Shown here: piece by piece, positions 52,881 through 64,000 of the stretch
Layout: every line of letters starts with the position of its first letter
How positions within the stretch are numbered: position 1 is the first letter of the stretch
Assembly (NCBI RefSeq): GCF_009914755.1
Contig: NC_060927.1
Reading direction: 5' to 3' (one strand)
DNA: 64,000 nucleotides
Source: the human T2T-CHM13v2.0 reference genome, Homo sapiens
Translations under genes and position numbers: made by a program
Notes under the pieces: model-generated
What the model saw: only the letters and a program-made list of their open reading frames with translations
What the model was told of the DNA's origin: nothing
The model's database searches: none

Positions 52881-53225
52881 AATATATATATATATATAGA
52901 AGATGTGAAGTTATGTGATACTTCATAATGTGAATTATGAAGATACTGGGAAATCTAAATACAGCCTTGACAGTTGATAATATGAATAAATTACTTTTAA
53001 TTATTTTAGGTCTGAGAATGAGAAACATTGAAAATGTATGATGGACCAATATTATGCCTGAAATTTGCTTTGAAATAACATTATATGTTAGGAGTAAATG
53101 TTTAACAATTTGATCATAAATCTGTAATTGTTGAAGCTGAGTGAGAGTATATTCAGTTCATCATCCATTCTCTCTACTACTGCAAATGTTTGACATTTTT
53201 CATAATAAAATGTAAAATAAATAAA
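50813..53225 (+). mobile_element. Old L1M ORF2 fragments plus 3' UTR with internal deletions, interrupted by an Alu
   Basis: tttgaaagaaatcaataaaattg, ggaacaaggcaaggatgtc (RT-region GTRQGC), acaatgagataccac, ttttcataataaaa end. Confidence 0.8.
52554..52882 (+). mobile_element. AluS (Sx/Sz-like) with an A33-G-A14 tail followed by (TA)8
   Basis: Full dimer; degenerate TSD atatgaagtt/atgtgaagtt. Confidence 0.93.
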
Positions 53226-53233
53226 ATTTATTA

Positions 53234-53556
53234 CAGTTGTCCCTCAGTGTCCTTGGGGATTTGGTTCTAGAAGCCACCACCAATATAAAAACCCAAGGAT
53301 GCTCAAATACTTCAGATAAAATGGTGTTCTATTTGCATATACCCTATGTACCTCCTTGTGTATTCTTTAAATCATCTCTGAATTACTTCTAATACTTAAT
53401 ATTATTGTAAATGTTGTGTAAATAGTTATACTGTAATGGGTTTTGTGTTATTTTTATTATTGTGCTACTCTTATTTATTTACCCATTCAAATATTTTCTA
53501 TATGTGGTTGGGTGAATCTGTGGGTGCTGCACCTGTGAATACAGAGCACTGGCTCT
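53234..53556. mobile_element. MER2 (TcMar-Tigger MITE)
   Basis: ta-cagttgtccctcagt...ggatttggttc terminus, tttaaatcatctct, ...gaatacagagcactggctc-ta. Confidence 0.85.
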
Positions 53557-54083
53557 ATATCTTGTAAAAAAAATTATTCTAAAAATATTACATGAGAATA
53601 TTTGTCTCAAGATACCCTCCCTAGAATGAACTACTTAATTATTTAATTTTCACCAATACAATTGTGAAAAGTGGTATTATATGGTTGTGTTAATTTGTAA
53701 CTATTTGATTATTACATTTGCTGTATATTTTTATTTCTCATTTGGGATTTATCTCTTCATGTCAATAGTCCTTGATTCTTCTTTGTTTTATGTTTTGTTT
53801 TTTTTTTTTTTTTTGCATTTACCATCTTCCCAAATTCTGATGGGAAAAATAACAATAATATTACCAGGAAATTTTTTTGGTACAAACTATTTACAAAAGA
53901 TTGTGTCAGAAAAAGTTGGTATACTTTAGCTCAAAGCAATAGAACAATTCTGTGGGTTACACTTTATTACTATGTATGTTTTTTAGTTGAAGAAACTAAA
54001 GTTTAGGATGATTATGTAACTTACTAAAGGTAGTACAGCTAAAAAGGAGTCAAGCAACCAAGGAACTATAGAAAAAAATCCCT

Positions 54084-54547
54084 GACATGCACACGTATGT
54101 TTATTGCAGCACTATTTACAATTGCAAAGTCATGGAACCAACCCAAATGCCAATCAATGATAGACTGGATAAAGAATACATGGTACATATACACCATAGA
54201 ATACTATGCAGCCATGAAAATGAATGAGATCATGTCCATTGCAGGGACATGGATGAAGCTGGAAGCTATCGTCTTCAGCAAACTAACACAGGAACAGAAA
54301 ACCAAACACCACATGTTCTCTCTCATAAGTGGGAGTTGAACATTGAGAACAGATGGACACAGAGAGAGAAACAACATATCCAGGGCCTATTGTGGGTGTG
54401 GGTGAGGGGAGGGAACTTAGAGGACTGATCAGTAAGTGCAACAAACCACCAAGGCACACGTATACCTATGTAACAAACCTGCATGTTCTACTCATGTATC
54501 CCAGTTTCTTTTTTTTTTTTTAAACAAATAAGAAAAAAAAAAAAAAA
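54084..54547 (+). mobile_element. 5'-truncated L1PA8-like 3' end
   Basis: ORF2 C-terminus ([18 protein letters not shown]...SLISGS*); 3' UTR with a T-run before the A tail. Confidence 0.88.
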
Positions 54548-54879
54548 GGTCGAGGATTTAAGGTTTTTTTGACTCCATTCAGAAATATTGACGATTCTAA
54601 CCTTCCTTTTTAACATTTCCATACTTGTTGCATCTTATCCAACTCACTTTAATATCCCAATTGGGGATCTAATTATTTTTCTTTGAAGAAAAGCCTCTTC
54701 CTCTTTTTTTATGTTCCTAATTTGATTGTCTTCTATCCTCCTTTTTCTGCTTACACAAAGTATGAAGTCATAGTGTGAATGCAAGCTTTTTTATAAAATT
54801 GTATAATATAACATTAATAACATTGCTTGTGTAATCATTATCTGGACTTAAATATTGAATGTGTTATTTATGGGCTATA

Positions 54880-55035
54880 TATTTCCACAAATTAATAAAT
54901 ATGTCTGCTTTAATCTTTCTCATCTATAATATGGGACAATAATACACACATTACATTGTTCTGGAAGACTAAATTAGAAAAGTTCAACCACGTTTTTAGT
55001 TCATTGATTGATACAAAGGTTATCATTAAGAAGTA
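54880..55035 (+). mobile_element. MIR (degenerate)
   Basis: tttctcatctataatatgggacaataata core. Confidence 0.6.
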
Positions 55036-55122
55036 TAGAAATTCTTTCCAAGAAATATTACAACTAGAATTCATCATCATGGGGAAAAAAAAATCGCTTA
55101 ATTACGAACTCCTCTAAGCTCC

Positions 55123-55645
55123 TGTGGCAGGTCACCCATAAAATAGACCCAATGGTCTTCACTTCCTGATATCAACAGGCTTGTCTTAGCCCCTCCCCTT
55201 ATGTAACTTGCTTCTCAGCAAAGTAATATGGCAAAATTGAGGGTATCAAATTATCATGATTAAGTTACAAAGAAATAGTTATTTTTATCTTGCAAGTTTT
55301 CTCGGCCATGTTGGAGATTTTTATGTGGCACAAAACTCAGAGAAATCTCCAGCCAACAGCCAGTAACTGAAGCCCTCAGTCAAAGAGCTGCAAAGGAATC
55401 ACATTCAGCCAGTGACCACAGAGGCTGAGATTGGAAGATCATTCCCCTCCTGATCCTTCAGGAGAAACTCCAGCCCTGGTGGGCATCTGGACTGCAGTCC
55501 GTGCATCATGAAAGACCATGAAGCAGAGTGCCAAGCTATAGTGTACCCAGATTTCTGACTCGCAGAAACTGTGAGATAATACATATATGTTGTTTTAAGT
55601 GAAATTTTAGTAAAAGTTATTATCCAGTAATAGTTAAACAAGTTC
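55123..55645 (+). mobile_element. MLT1E/F-like MaLR LTR
   Basis: tgtggcagg, ccagccaacagccag...gccctcagtc, cagaaactgtgagataat...tgttgttttaag. Confidence 0.8.
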
Positions 55646-56350
55646 TTTAAATGTGTACTCTTGTGATAATACCATTTATCATGTACATTTATTTTACCTA
55701 CGTTACAAATCTGTAAACAACTAAAGTGCATAATCTACCTAGTATCTATTTTTGTCTAGGTCAATTTTTTTGTTCTATTAATATTTATTTGATTTATTAT
55801 GCCTAAATGGTTGTTCTGATATTGGCTTAGTCTACCTTCCCCTGAAAAGCCTAAACTAACCTTAGATATATCATATAGTTAAATTTCCAAAGCATTTTTC
55901 ATTAGCATGATGTTTCACAAGACGTCTGGTATGGAGACATGCCATGAAAAGTGTTTATTACTTACACTGATTGCATTCACAGTGAACAAGACATGGTGAG
56001 CCAGATGGCTTGCAACTTAACTTGAATTAATATACAATTTTGTTCAGTGTGTCTTAAATATTTTTGCTCAATAGTAGTTGAGTTCATCTACTGTTGTAAA
56101 AAATCTCCCATGCACATAAGTTACACACATAGGTTATGCACATAAGGTTAATAGATACATTAAATCTCAATTTTTTTAGACATTGCTTACAGAAATAAAA
56201 TCACAAGCTTAGTTCTTAAATATTTGCTGGACAAACACAGTAAATGACTTTTGATAAAATTATTGCACATAAAATTTGAATTGCAGTTTAAAATTTTGAC
56301 ATTCTTGATTTAAGACGTTCGATATTTTGATGGAAAATGATGTTCAGCAG

Positions 56351-56410
56351 TAGCTATAGCATTTAGCACATTTCATTTAGCTATAACATTTAGCACACTC
56401 ATTTAGCACA
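56351..56410. repeat. Short degenerate tandem repeat (catttagcaca / tagctata)
   Basis: catttagc occurs four times within 60 bp. Confidence 0.8.
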
Positions 56411-59391
56411 TTATGGATATATGTCTGCTGAATTCAAACACATTCTCTTCTTTCACATATTCTTTTTTCAATAATTTTTCCTCCTGAAAGTATAAGCCAC
56501 TTCACTGAGCTATTAATAAATTATCTTAATAGAATATAAGAAACATTTTTATTTCAACAATGCCAATCTATATATTATATTTTAGTATAATGTTGAGAAG
56601 GACATATTTCACTAGTGAACTAAAATACTAAAACAGTATTATACTAAAATAATAATGTCCTAATGAAAAATAGACTTACAAATATAAGATTTATGAGCTT
56701 ATGAATGATTAGAAAACTTACTTTCTTAATGGTTACTGATTATTGTAAATTTAAATGTATTTCTTATTTGTATTTGGTTATATTGACAAAACAACTTCAG
56801 CCTGAGAGCCCTAGTATTTTCAGTGAAAACATGTATCCCTTCCTCACTTCCATAAGTTTGAGATTGGGGTTTTCTACCAGTTCTTCTAACTTCTCCACTA
56901 AAATAGAATTTACCTCTAAATTATTTTCTCACTTACTAAACAAATAATATTATGATTCAAATCTAAGAATATGGTGTGACCCACTGGAAAAAAATTTGGC
57001 TGAGGAGTAACAGGTGACTAGCCCCGTATCAAGCCCTTGGCCAACATGTTTTAGTATGCATCACTTTTCAAATTTGTATTTCTCTTGAATTCCTAATATT
57101 GAAGTCATTGTTTTCCTCAAGTGTTAGAGATTTAGCCCTTCTTATTTGTCTCCATGTATTATTTACCAGTGCTGTGGGGAAACATACGTTTTTTCAGACA
57201 TTACCAGCTGGACTTCTGGGGAAAATAATCTTTCTTCCTTGTTGAAGTCTTCTTTTTCATTTGAACTTTGTGGAATGTTTGGTTATAGCTATGAAGAACT
57301 TGGAAATGCTCATAGAGAACAATTAGCAAATCAATGTAATGTGTCAGGATAGAATATTTAACATTGGTTCTTAATGCTGTAACAGACTAAAATTTATTAA
57401 CATTTACATATTTTACTAAATAAAATAAAACTTCATAATTCAAAGCCGAATAAATGTTCATTTTTTATCCACTGTTATAGCCAAATTATTTTACTGTAAT
57501 TTTTACCTATGAAACAGTCCAAGTAGACTTGTGAAATATAACAGAAAAAAGTATATATGAATATTACCAGATCCAATTTCATAAAAACCATAGTAAATAT
57601 TCTATTTAAGACTGGATATGACTAAACTTTATTAGACTTGAACTGTATTCTGGGTAATTGTCCAGTAATAGCCTTTGCTAAATTATACAAAGCCTTTACT
57701 TTACTTAACAGGGAACACAAACTCCCCAACCTCTAATATTATCATCATTCAAGATGATGAGCAACACAAACCATTCTATTACCAATCTAAAAGCAATAAA
57801 TGTCAAAGTAAAGAAGTATGCAATATTCTAGCCTGAAAGAACAAAGGACAAAAGTAATGATAATACCTCTTTATATTTGCACTCTATTATATCATGCACA
57901 ACAAATGATGCTATAATTGTAGACAGTGTTATTTTAACAGGTTATAAGGAGAAGATAGTGGGGGAGGTGACAGTGTTTTGATGATTGCTGTGAAAAATGC
58001 TTCAAGCATCTTAATTTAAAATAGCCAGCAAGAGGAGGATATCATTTTTAGAATGAATTTGATTTTAGTGCTTTGAGTCATATAAGCTGAAAATTTCAGT
58101 GTTTGATTAACTATCTAATTTATTGTATTAGTGACTTTAAGGCAGTTGGAACACAGGACCTAATACAATATATCCCTTTCCAACTAAGTAATCATCAGAA
58201 AGAACAGGGATTGGATCAACAGTTTCTCAACCAGTGATTTCAAATAGTTCAATGGAAACCCATGTTGGAAAGGCAAAGTGTATCAAGCAAACAAAACCAC
58301 ATTTCCCTAGTGAACACTAAACAATAAAATAAAACTGATGCTCTATCCTAAAGCATTATAGTTCATTGTGTTTGCATCTTCGTGAGTTACACAGGTTTCA
58401 GGACTGCAGAGATATGCCATTAACACTATAAATGAGGAGATCTGGCTTAAGCATTGAATCCTCCCTTGACTAATATATAAAACTAGTTTTAAAAATATAT
58501 ATTTTTGGGTAAAAGAAACAAGAAGTTTTTGTAGTCTGCATAAATCATACAAAATACCAGGAGAGTTATGTGACTTTGACTTATGTGAAGTTTTTCCATT
58601 CAAATTTTGCTCTTTAAACATATCCTCTAAAATTTATCCACAGACATACATCTTACTACATAGGGCTGACGTATGGACTTTTGGAGACAAAGTATACGAA
58701 TATTTGATGGAGATACTCTCTTTATAGGCTTTGGGGGTATTTTGTGGTATTACGCTATTAGAATACTACTTTCATTTATAGGTTCCTGCCCTTCCTCTGG
58801 ACAACATACCATTGATAATCAGGACAATAGAAACCTTTAAATTTAGGACATTCTGGCATAGTTAATATTCTTAAAGTTTTTTTTTCTTTTTGGCTCACAA
58901 GTATAACCTTTGTTATCTGCATCAATAATGAAGAGCATCCACAAACTGGTTTTGTGAACAACAAAAGGAGTATTTTTTCCAAACACATACAAATAGCTAT
59001 AATTTACACAAGAGTAATTAAATTCAGCTTATAAGTAACTGATCATAACTGGAAATCTTACTAAGAGAATAAAAACATTTTGCTTATAAGGATTTCATTT
59101 GCTCAAATTCAAAGAGTAGAGCAAATACAATAATTATAACCCCCTGCAGCTGAATTAGTACATGGGTTCATGTCTTACAACTTGGTAAATACTCTGTATA
59201 TTGAGTCAGCCAATCTCTGCCTATCTTGCTCCCAAGTGTTCTGGTTCATAGGTGAGATTAATTTCACATTGTACAGAAACAGTCCTTTCTTTAGAAAATC
59301 ATGAGTGAATAATGTATCTTCTCAGAGTTAGTATATAAATGAACAATATTCTGAGGACTCTGATCATTCTTGTCTTAATATAGGTGATACT

Positions 59392-61732
59392 CAGGCATGC
59401 CTCAATGATAGTGCAGGTTGGTTCTAGGCAACAAGAATGAAGCAAATTTTCCAATAAAGCAAGTCACATGAATTTTTTGGTTTCCCAGTGCATATAAAAT
59501 TATGTTTATACTGTTAAGTGTACAGTAGCATTATAACTAAAAGTAATAAACATATCTTAATTAAAAATACTGTATAGCTAAAAAGTGCTATTGACCATAT
59601 GAGCTTTCAGCAAATCATAATTTTTTGCTAGTGGAGGATCTGACCTCAATGTTGATGGCTGTTTACTAATTAGGGTGGTGGTGGCTGAAGGTTGAGGTGA
59701 CTTTTTCAATTTCTTAAGAACCCAATGAAGTTTGCTTTATCTATTGACTTTTCCTTTCACAAAAAATTTCTTTGTAGCATACGATGTTGTTTGATAGTGT
59801 TTTATCCGCATAAATATTTCTTTCAAAATTGGAGTCAATCCTCTCAAACCCTGCCACTGCTTTATCATCTAAGTTTATGTAATGTTCTAAATCCTTTGTA
59901 GTCATTTCAACAATATTCATCTCAAGAAATCACCTTTTCATTTTGCTCATTTATAAGAAGCAACTCCTTACTGTTCAAGTTTTATCATAAGATTGCAGCA
60001 ATTCAGTCACATGTTTAGGTCCCACTGCTAATTCTAGTTCTCTTATTATTTTCTCCACTGAAATTATTTCTGCATCTGCCGTTACTTCCTCCACTGAAGT
60101 TTAGAGCTCCTTATAATAGGAATCAGTTTTTTAGCAACTCTTGTAAATATTGATATTTTGACTTTCTCTCATGAAGCATGAATGTTAATGTCATCTAGAA
60201 TAATTAATCCATTTCAAAAGGTTTTCAATAGGTTTTCAATTTACTTTGCCCAGATCTATCAGAGGAATCACTATCTATGAAAGGCATAGCCTTACAAAAT
60301 GTATGTCATAAATAATAAGACTTGAAAATCTTATTATTTATTTTATTTGAAAGTCTAAATTAATCTTTAACCTATGAGCTGCAGAATGGATGTTGTGCTA
60401 GTAGACATAAAACCAACATTAATCTGCTTGTGTATCTTCTTTAGAACTCTTGGGTGACTAGGTTCCTTCTTGATAATCACTAATGTTTTAAAAGAATTAT
60501 TTTTTATCTGAGCAGTAGTAGGTCTCAACAGTGATCTTAAAATATTGAGTAAACCATGCTATACACAGATGTGCTATCATCCAGACTTTATTGTTTGGTT
60601 TATAAAGCACAAGAAGAGTGGATTTAGTGTAATTCATAGAAGCCCTCAGATTTTCAGAATGGTAGATAAACATTGGCTTCAACTTAAAGTCACTAGCTGT
60701 ATTAGCCCATCACAAGACAGTCAGCCTGTTCTTTGAAGATTTGAAGCCAGGCATTGATGATACTCCTAAATGTCTGTTTACATAAGACAGTTTTGCTTAT
60801 ATTGAAAATCTGTTTAGTGTAGCCACTTTCATCAGTTATCTTAGCTAGTTCTTCTGGATGACTTGCTACAGCTTCTACATTAACACTTGCTGTTCCACCT
60901 AGCACTTTAAAGTTATGGAGTCAGCTTCTTTCCTTAAACTTCATGAATGAACCTTTGTTAGAGTCCATCTTTTTCTTGTAGTTTTATTGCCTGTCTTGGT
61001 TTTCATAGAATTGAAGAGAATTAGAACTTTGCTCTGGATTAGGCTTTGGTTTAAGAGAATGTTGTGGCTGGTTTGATCTTCTATCCAGACCACTAAAACT
61101 TTCTCCATATCAGCAGTAATGCTGTTTTACTTTATTAGTCATGTTTTTACTGGAATAGCACTTTTAATATCCTTCGAGAACATTCACAGCTTGGCAAATT
61201 GTTTGACACCAGAGGCCTAGCTTTTGGCCTAACTTGGCTTTTACATGCCTTCTTTACTGAACTTAATCCTTTCTATCTTTGGATTTAAAGAGGGAGATGT
61301 ATGATTCTTTCTTTCACTTGAATACTTAGAGGCCACTGTAGAGTTATCAATCGGCCTAGTTTTCATATTGTTGTGTCTCAGGGAATAGTAGGGTCTGAGG
61401 AAAGGGAGAGAGACAGAAAAAAAAAAAAAACAGTTGGTTAAACAGTCAGAGAACACATAACATTTACCAATTAAGTGTTGACATGGGTTTGTGACACTCA
61501 AAAACAGCAAAAATCATAAAAACAAAGATCACTGATCACTATAACAGATGTAGTAATAATGAAAAATTTCAATTAACAAACTGACACAGAGACATGAAAA
61601 GAGTACATGCTGTTGAAAAAGTTTCACTGATAGACATATTCAAGGTAAGGTTGCCATGCACCTGCAACTTGTGAAAAACACTGTATGTGCAAAGTGCAAT
61701 AAAGTGAAGCACAATAAAACTAGGTATACTTA
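59392..61732 (-). mobile_element. Second near-full-length Tigger1
   Basis: TIR-like ends caggcatgcctc... and ...aaaactaggtatactta; ORFs 60497-60682 ([13 protein letters not shown]) and 60702-60905 match the Tigger1 transposase; collinear with 34116-36530. Confidence 0.92.
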
Positions 61733-62929
61733 TATTTTAATATCTAATATATAGTATAATTTCATCATGATTAGAATATCTTAAAAGTATTTTTGCATGC
61801 ATAATTATTTTCTGATTAGATTTACTTCAAAATGCAGCTTCCTTGGGTTCTTTTTCTTTTTTACTCCTTTTAAAAGAGATGTTTCTTGTGAATTAACTGG
61901 AAGAAGTTTATTAGGAGTATTCATCTCTAGGCAATTACAGTATAAATTTGAGCTGATGATGTTTCCCTTTGAAGTTATCAGACCCTTATTTATTCATCTG
62001 TGGGGTCTTTCTCAGCAGGCTTGCTTTAATCTACAAGTCATTTGAGAAATGGTCTGATAAACTGGTTCTTCCTTAAATATTGATGACTGAAATATTGGTT
62101 AATATTTTAAAAATTAATATCTTAGTTAACATTTTAGCAAATTTCTGGAAGTATAAAGCTTTTATGACTCCATCGTCTTAGAAAACAATCTTTGTGGTAG
62201 AATTTCTGGGTACTAACTTAAAATCTGTGAGATATTATGGTTTGTACATAGGATTTTTCCTTTTTTAGGGCCCTAAAAATATGCCACACAGATGGTCTAC
62301 TTATAGTATAGTTTTTTCTTTTACTGAATAATTTTCACTTGGTTCTGAGTTCCTTAATGGCAAGAAACTGTGTCATTTACATGTTTGTATCTAGTATTTG
62401 GCACTTAATAAATATTCTGTATATTTCTGTATACAAAAAAGCAAAATCAAGGAAAGTCTTATTCTAAATTAATAAGGCCATTTTGCCCAGGAAGTGTGTT
62501 AAATGCAGAAGCAAACAACATATTTTTGGTTATAAAAATTTTGTAGTATTCAATTCAATTTTTAGGTAGGAAATCTGGATCAGAAATATTATTATAAACT
62601 AAATGCTACATCTGAACTAAAACCAAAATATTTTGCCCATTACTTTTTTATGATAAAATTGTTAATATAATCTTTCTAATAGCAAAGAACAAAATTTAAA
62701 ACTTACATATTCTTGTAAAGTTATCTGTGAATACTGTAGAATTTCAGAATAAGTTACTAACAAAATTTAGCCCCCTTTGTTAAATTAAAATTAATAACCC
62801 ATTATGGAGCAGTTATCATTTGGAAGGAAGGATGTAAGATCACTAAACCAGACTTTAGTAAGATAGTGAAACAAGAGAGGATAGATTTGCTAATAAAATC
62901 ATTCACTGATGATGCTACTTTAAGTGATA

Positions 62930-63227
62930 TTTTTTGTTTTTTTGAGAAGGAGTCTCACTCTGCTGCCCAGGCTGGAGGACAGTAGTGTGGTCTCAGCTCA
63001 CTGCAACCTCCACCTCTGGAGTTCAAGAGATTGTCTTGTCTCAGCCTCCCAAGTAGCTGGGATTACAGGCACGCACCATCATGCTTGGCTATTTTTTGTA
63101 TTTTGAGTAGAAACAGGGTTTCAGCCTGGTTTGGTCAGGCTGGACTCCAACTCCTGACATCTGGTGATCTGCCCTGTTCAGCCTCCCAAAGTGCTCAGAT
63201 TACAGGCATGAGCCATCGTGCCTGGCC
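62930..63227 (-). mobile_element. Alu (S-type, diverged)
   Basis: Antisense dimer; TSD taagtgat on both sides. Confidence 0.9.
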
Positions 63228-63326
63228 TAAGTGATTTTTAAATTCATTTTTTAATGAATCCAAAGAAAATAGAATAAGTTACAGCTTTCTTTTCTACCTG
63301 AAGCTACCAATTAATATGGTGATTGC

Positions 63327-63633
63327 ATTTTTTTTTTTTTTTTGAGATGAAGTCTCACTCTTTCACCCAGGCTGGACTGCAGTGGTGCTATCTTGGCTCA
63401 CTGCAATACTGCAAACTCCGCCTCCCAGGTTCACGCCATTCTCCTGCCTCAGCCTCCCAAGTAGCTGGGACTACAGGTACCCACCATCACGCCCGGCTAA
63501 TTTTTTCTATTTTTAATAGAGACGGGGGTTTCACCATGTTAGCCAGGATGGTCTCAATCTCCTGACCTTGTGATCTGCCTGCCTCCGCCTCCCAAAGTGC
63601 TGGGATTACAGGCGTGAGCCACCGCGCCTGGCC
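63327..63633 (-). mobile_element. AluY-like
   Basis: ttcacgccattctcc and ttagccaggatggtctc diagnostics; TSD ggtgattg(c/t)att. Confidence 0.9.
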
Positions 63634-63850
63634 GGTGATTGTATTTTGATTTAGCACAAAATTTCCCCATTCCATCATCAAAAATACATTAATGTTTAAG
63701 GCAATTTTGATCATATTCTAAACATTTTCATAAAAACTGTGTATCTGGCACTTATTATTGTCCTTTTCATTTGTCTCTAGATTTTGTTACAAAAGTAGAA
63801 AATTGATTAAATGTTAATAGTAGGATTCCATTCTAAAATACTCAGGACAT

Positions 63851-64000
63851 TGTTGCAGCTTCTTCACTCCTGTTGTTCAGGGGAGTGAGAGGCAGTGGTA
63901 AAGCTCTTTTACTCCCACCACTGGTGAGCTTCAGGTTCTTGTCCCATAATCAAGAAGAATAAGACATGCAGACGCCAGAGAGTGAGTAAGGCAGAGTCGG
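63851..64000 (-). mobile_element. ERV1 LTR end (MER52/LTR1-group-like), cut by the window end
   Basis: tgttgcagcttc...caggttcttgtccc...aagaagaataag...gagagtgagtaaggcagag. Confidence 0.6.

Noticed and set aside
34116-61732. Segmental duplication or composite transposon bounded by the two Tigger1 copies
   Set aside because: Similarity stops at the element ends, and the copies have independent indels.

Overview
This is AT-rich primate genomic DNA, probably human or another hominoid given the AluY and L1PA3/PA5-type copies. It is intergenic or deep intronic and dominated by interspersed repeats. I found no host protein-coding gene, tRNA/rRNA, CpG island or CRISPR. The recognisable ORFs in the supplied track come from L1, Alu, Hsmar1 or Tigger1; the rest look like chance frames in AT-rich DNA. 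Main landmarks: the 5' end of an L1PB-type element (1-1585); an internally deleted L1MC; a near-full-length Hsmar1 mariner with both TIRs (8120-9380); two near-full-length Tigger1 copies in the same orientation (34116-36530 and 59392-61732); several solo LTRs; 5'-truncated L1PA insertions; and about 9 Alus or Alu monomers. I cannot support a new biological system here. The best unexplained structures are a patchwork of hairpins and direct repeats that looks like a template-switch repair scar (29169-29326), a ~45-bp duplicated block 1010 bp apart in apparently unique DNA (39658/40668), and different insertions at the same site in both Tigger1 copies. Repeat subfamily names come from remembered consensus sequences, and the boundaries of old elements are approximate.
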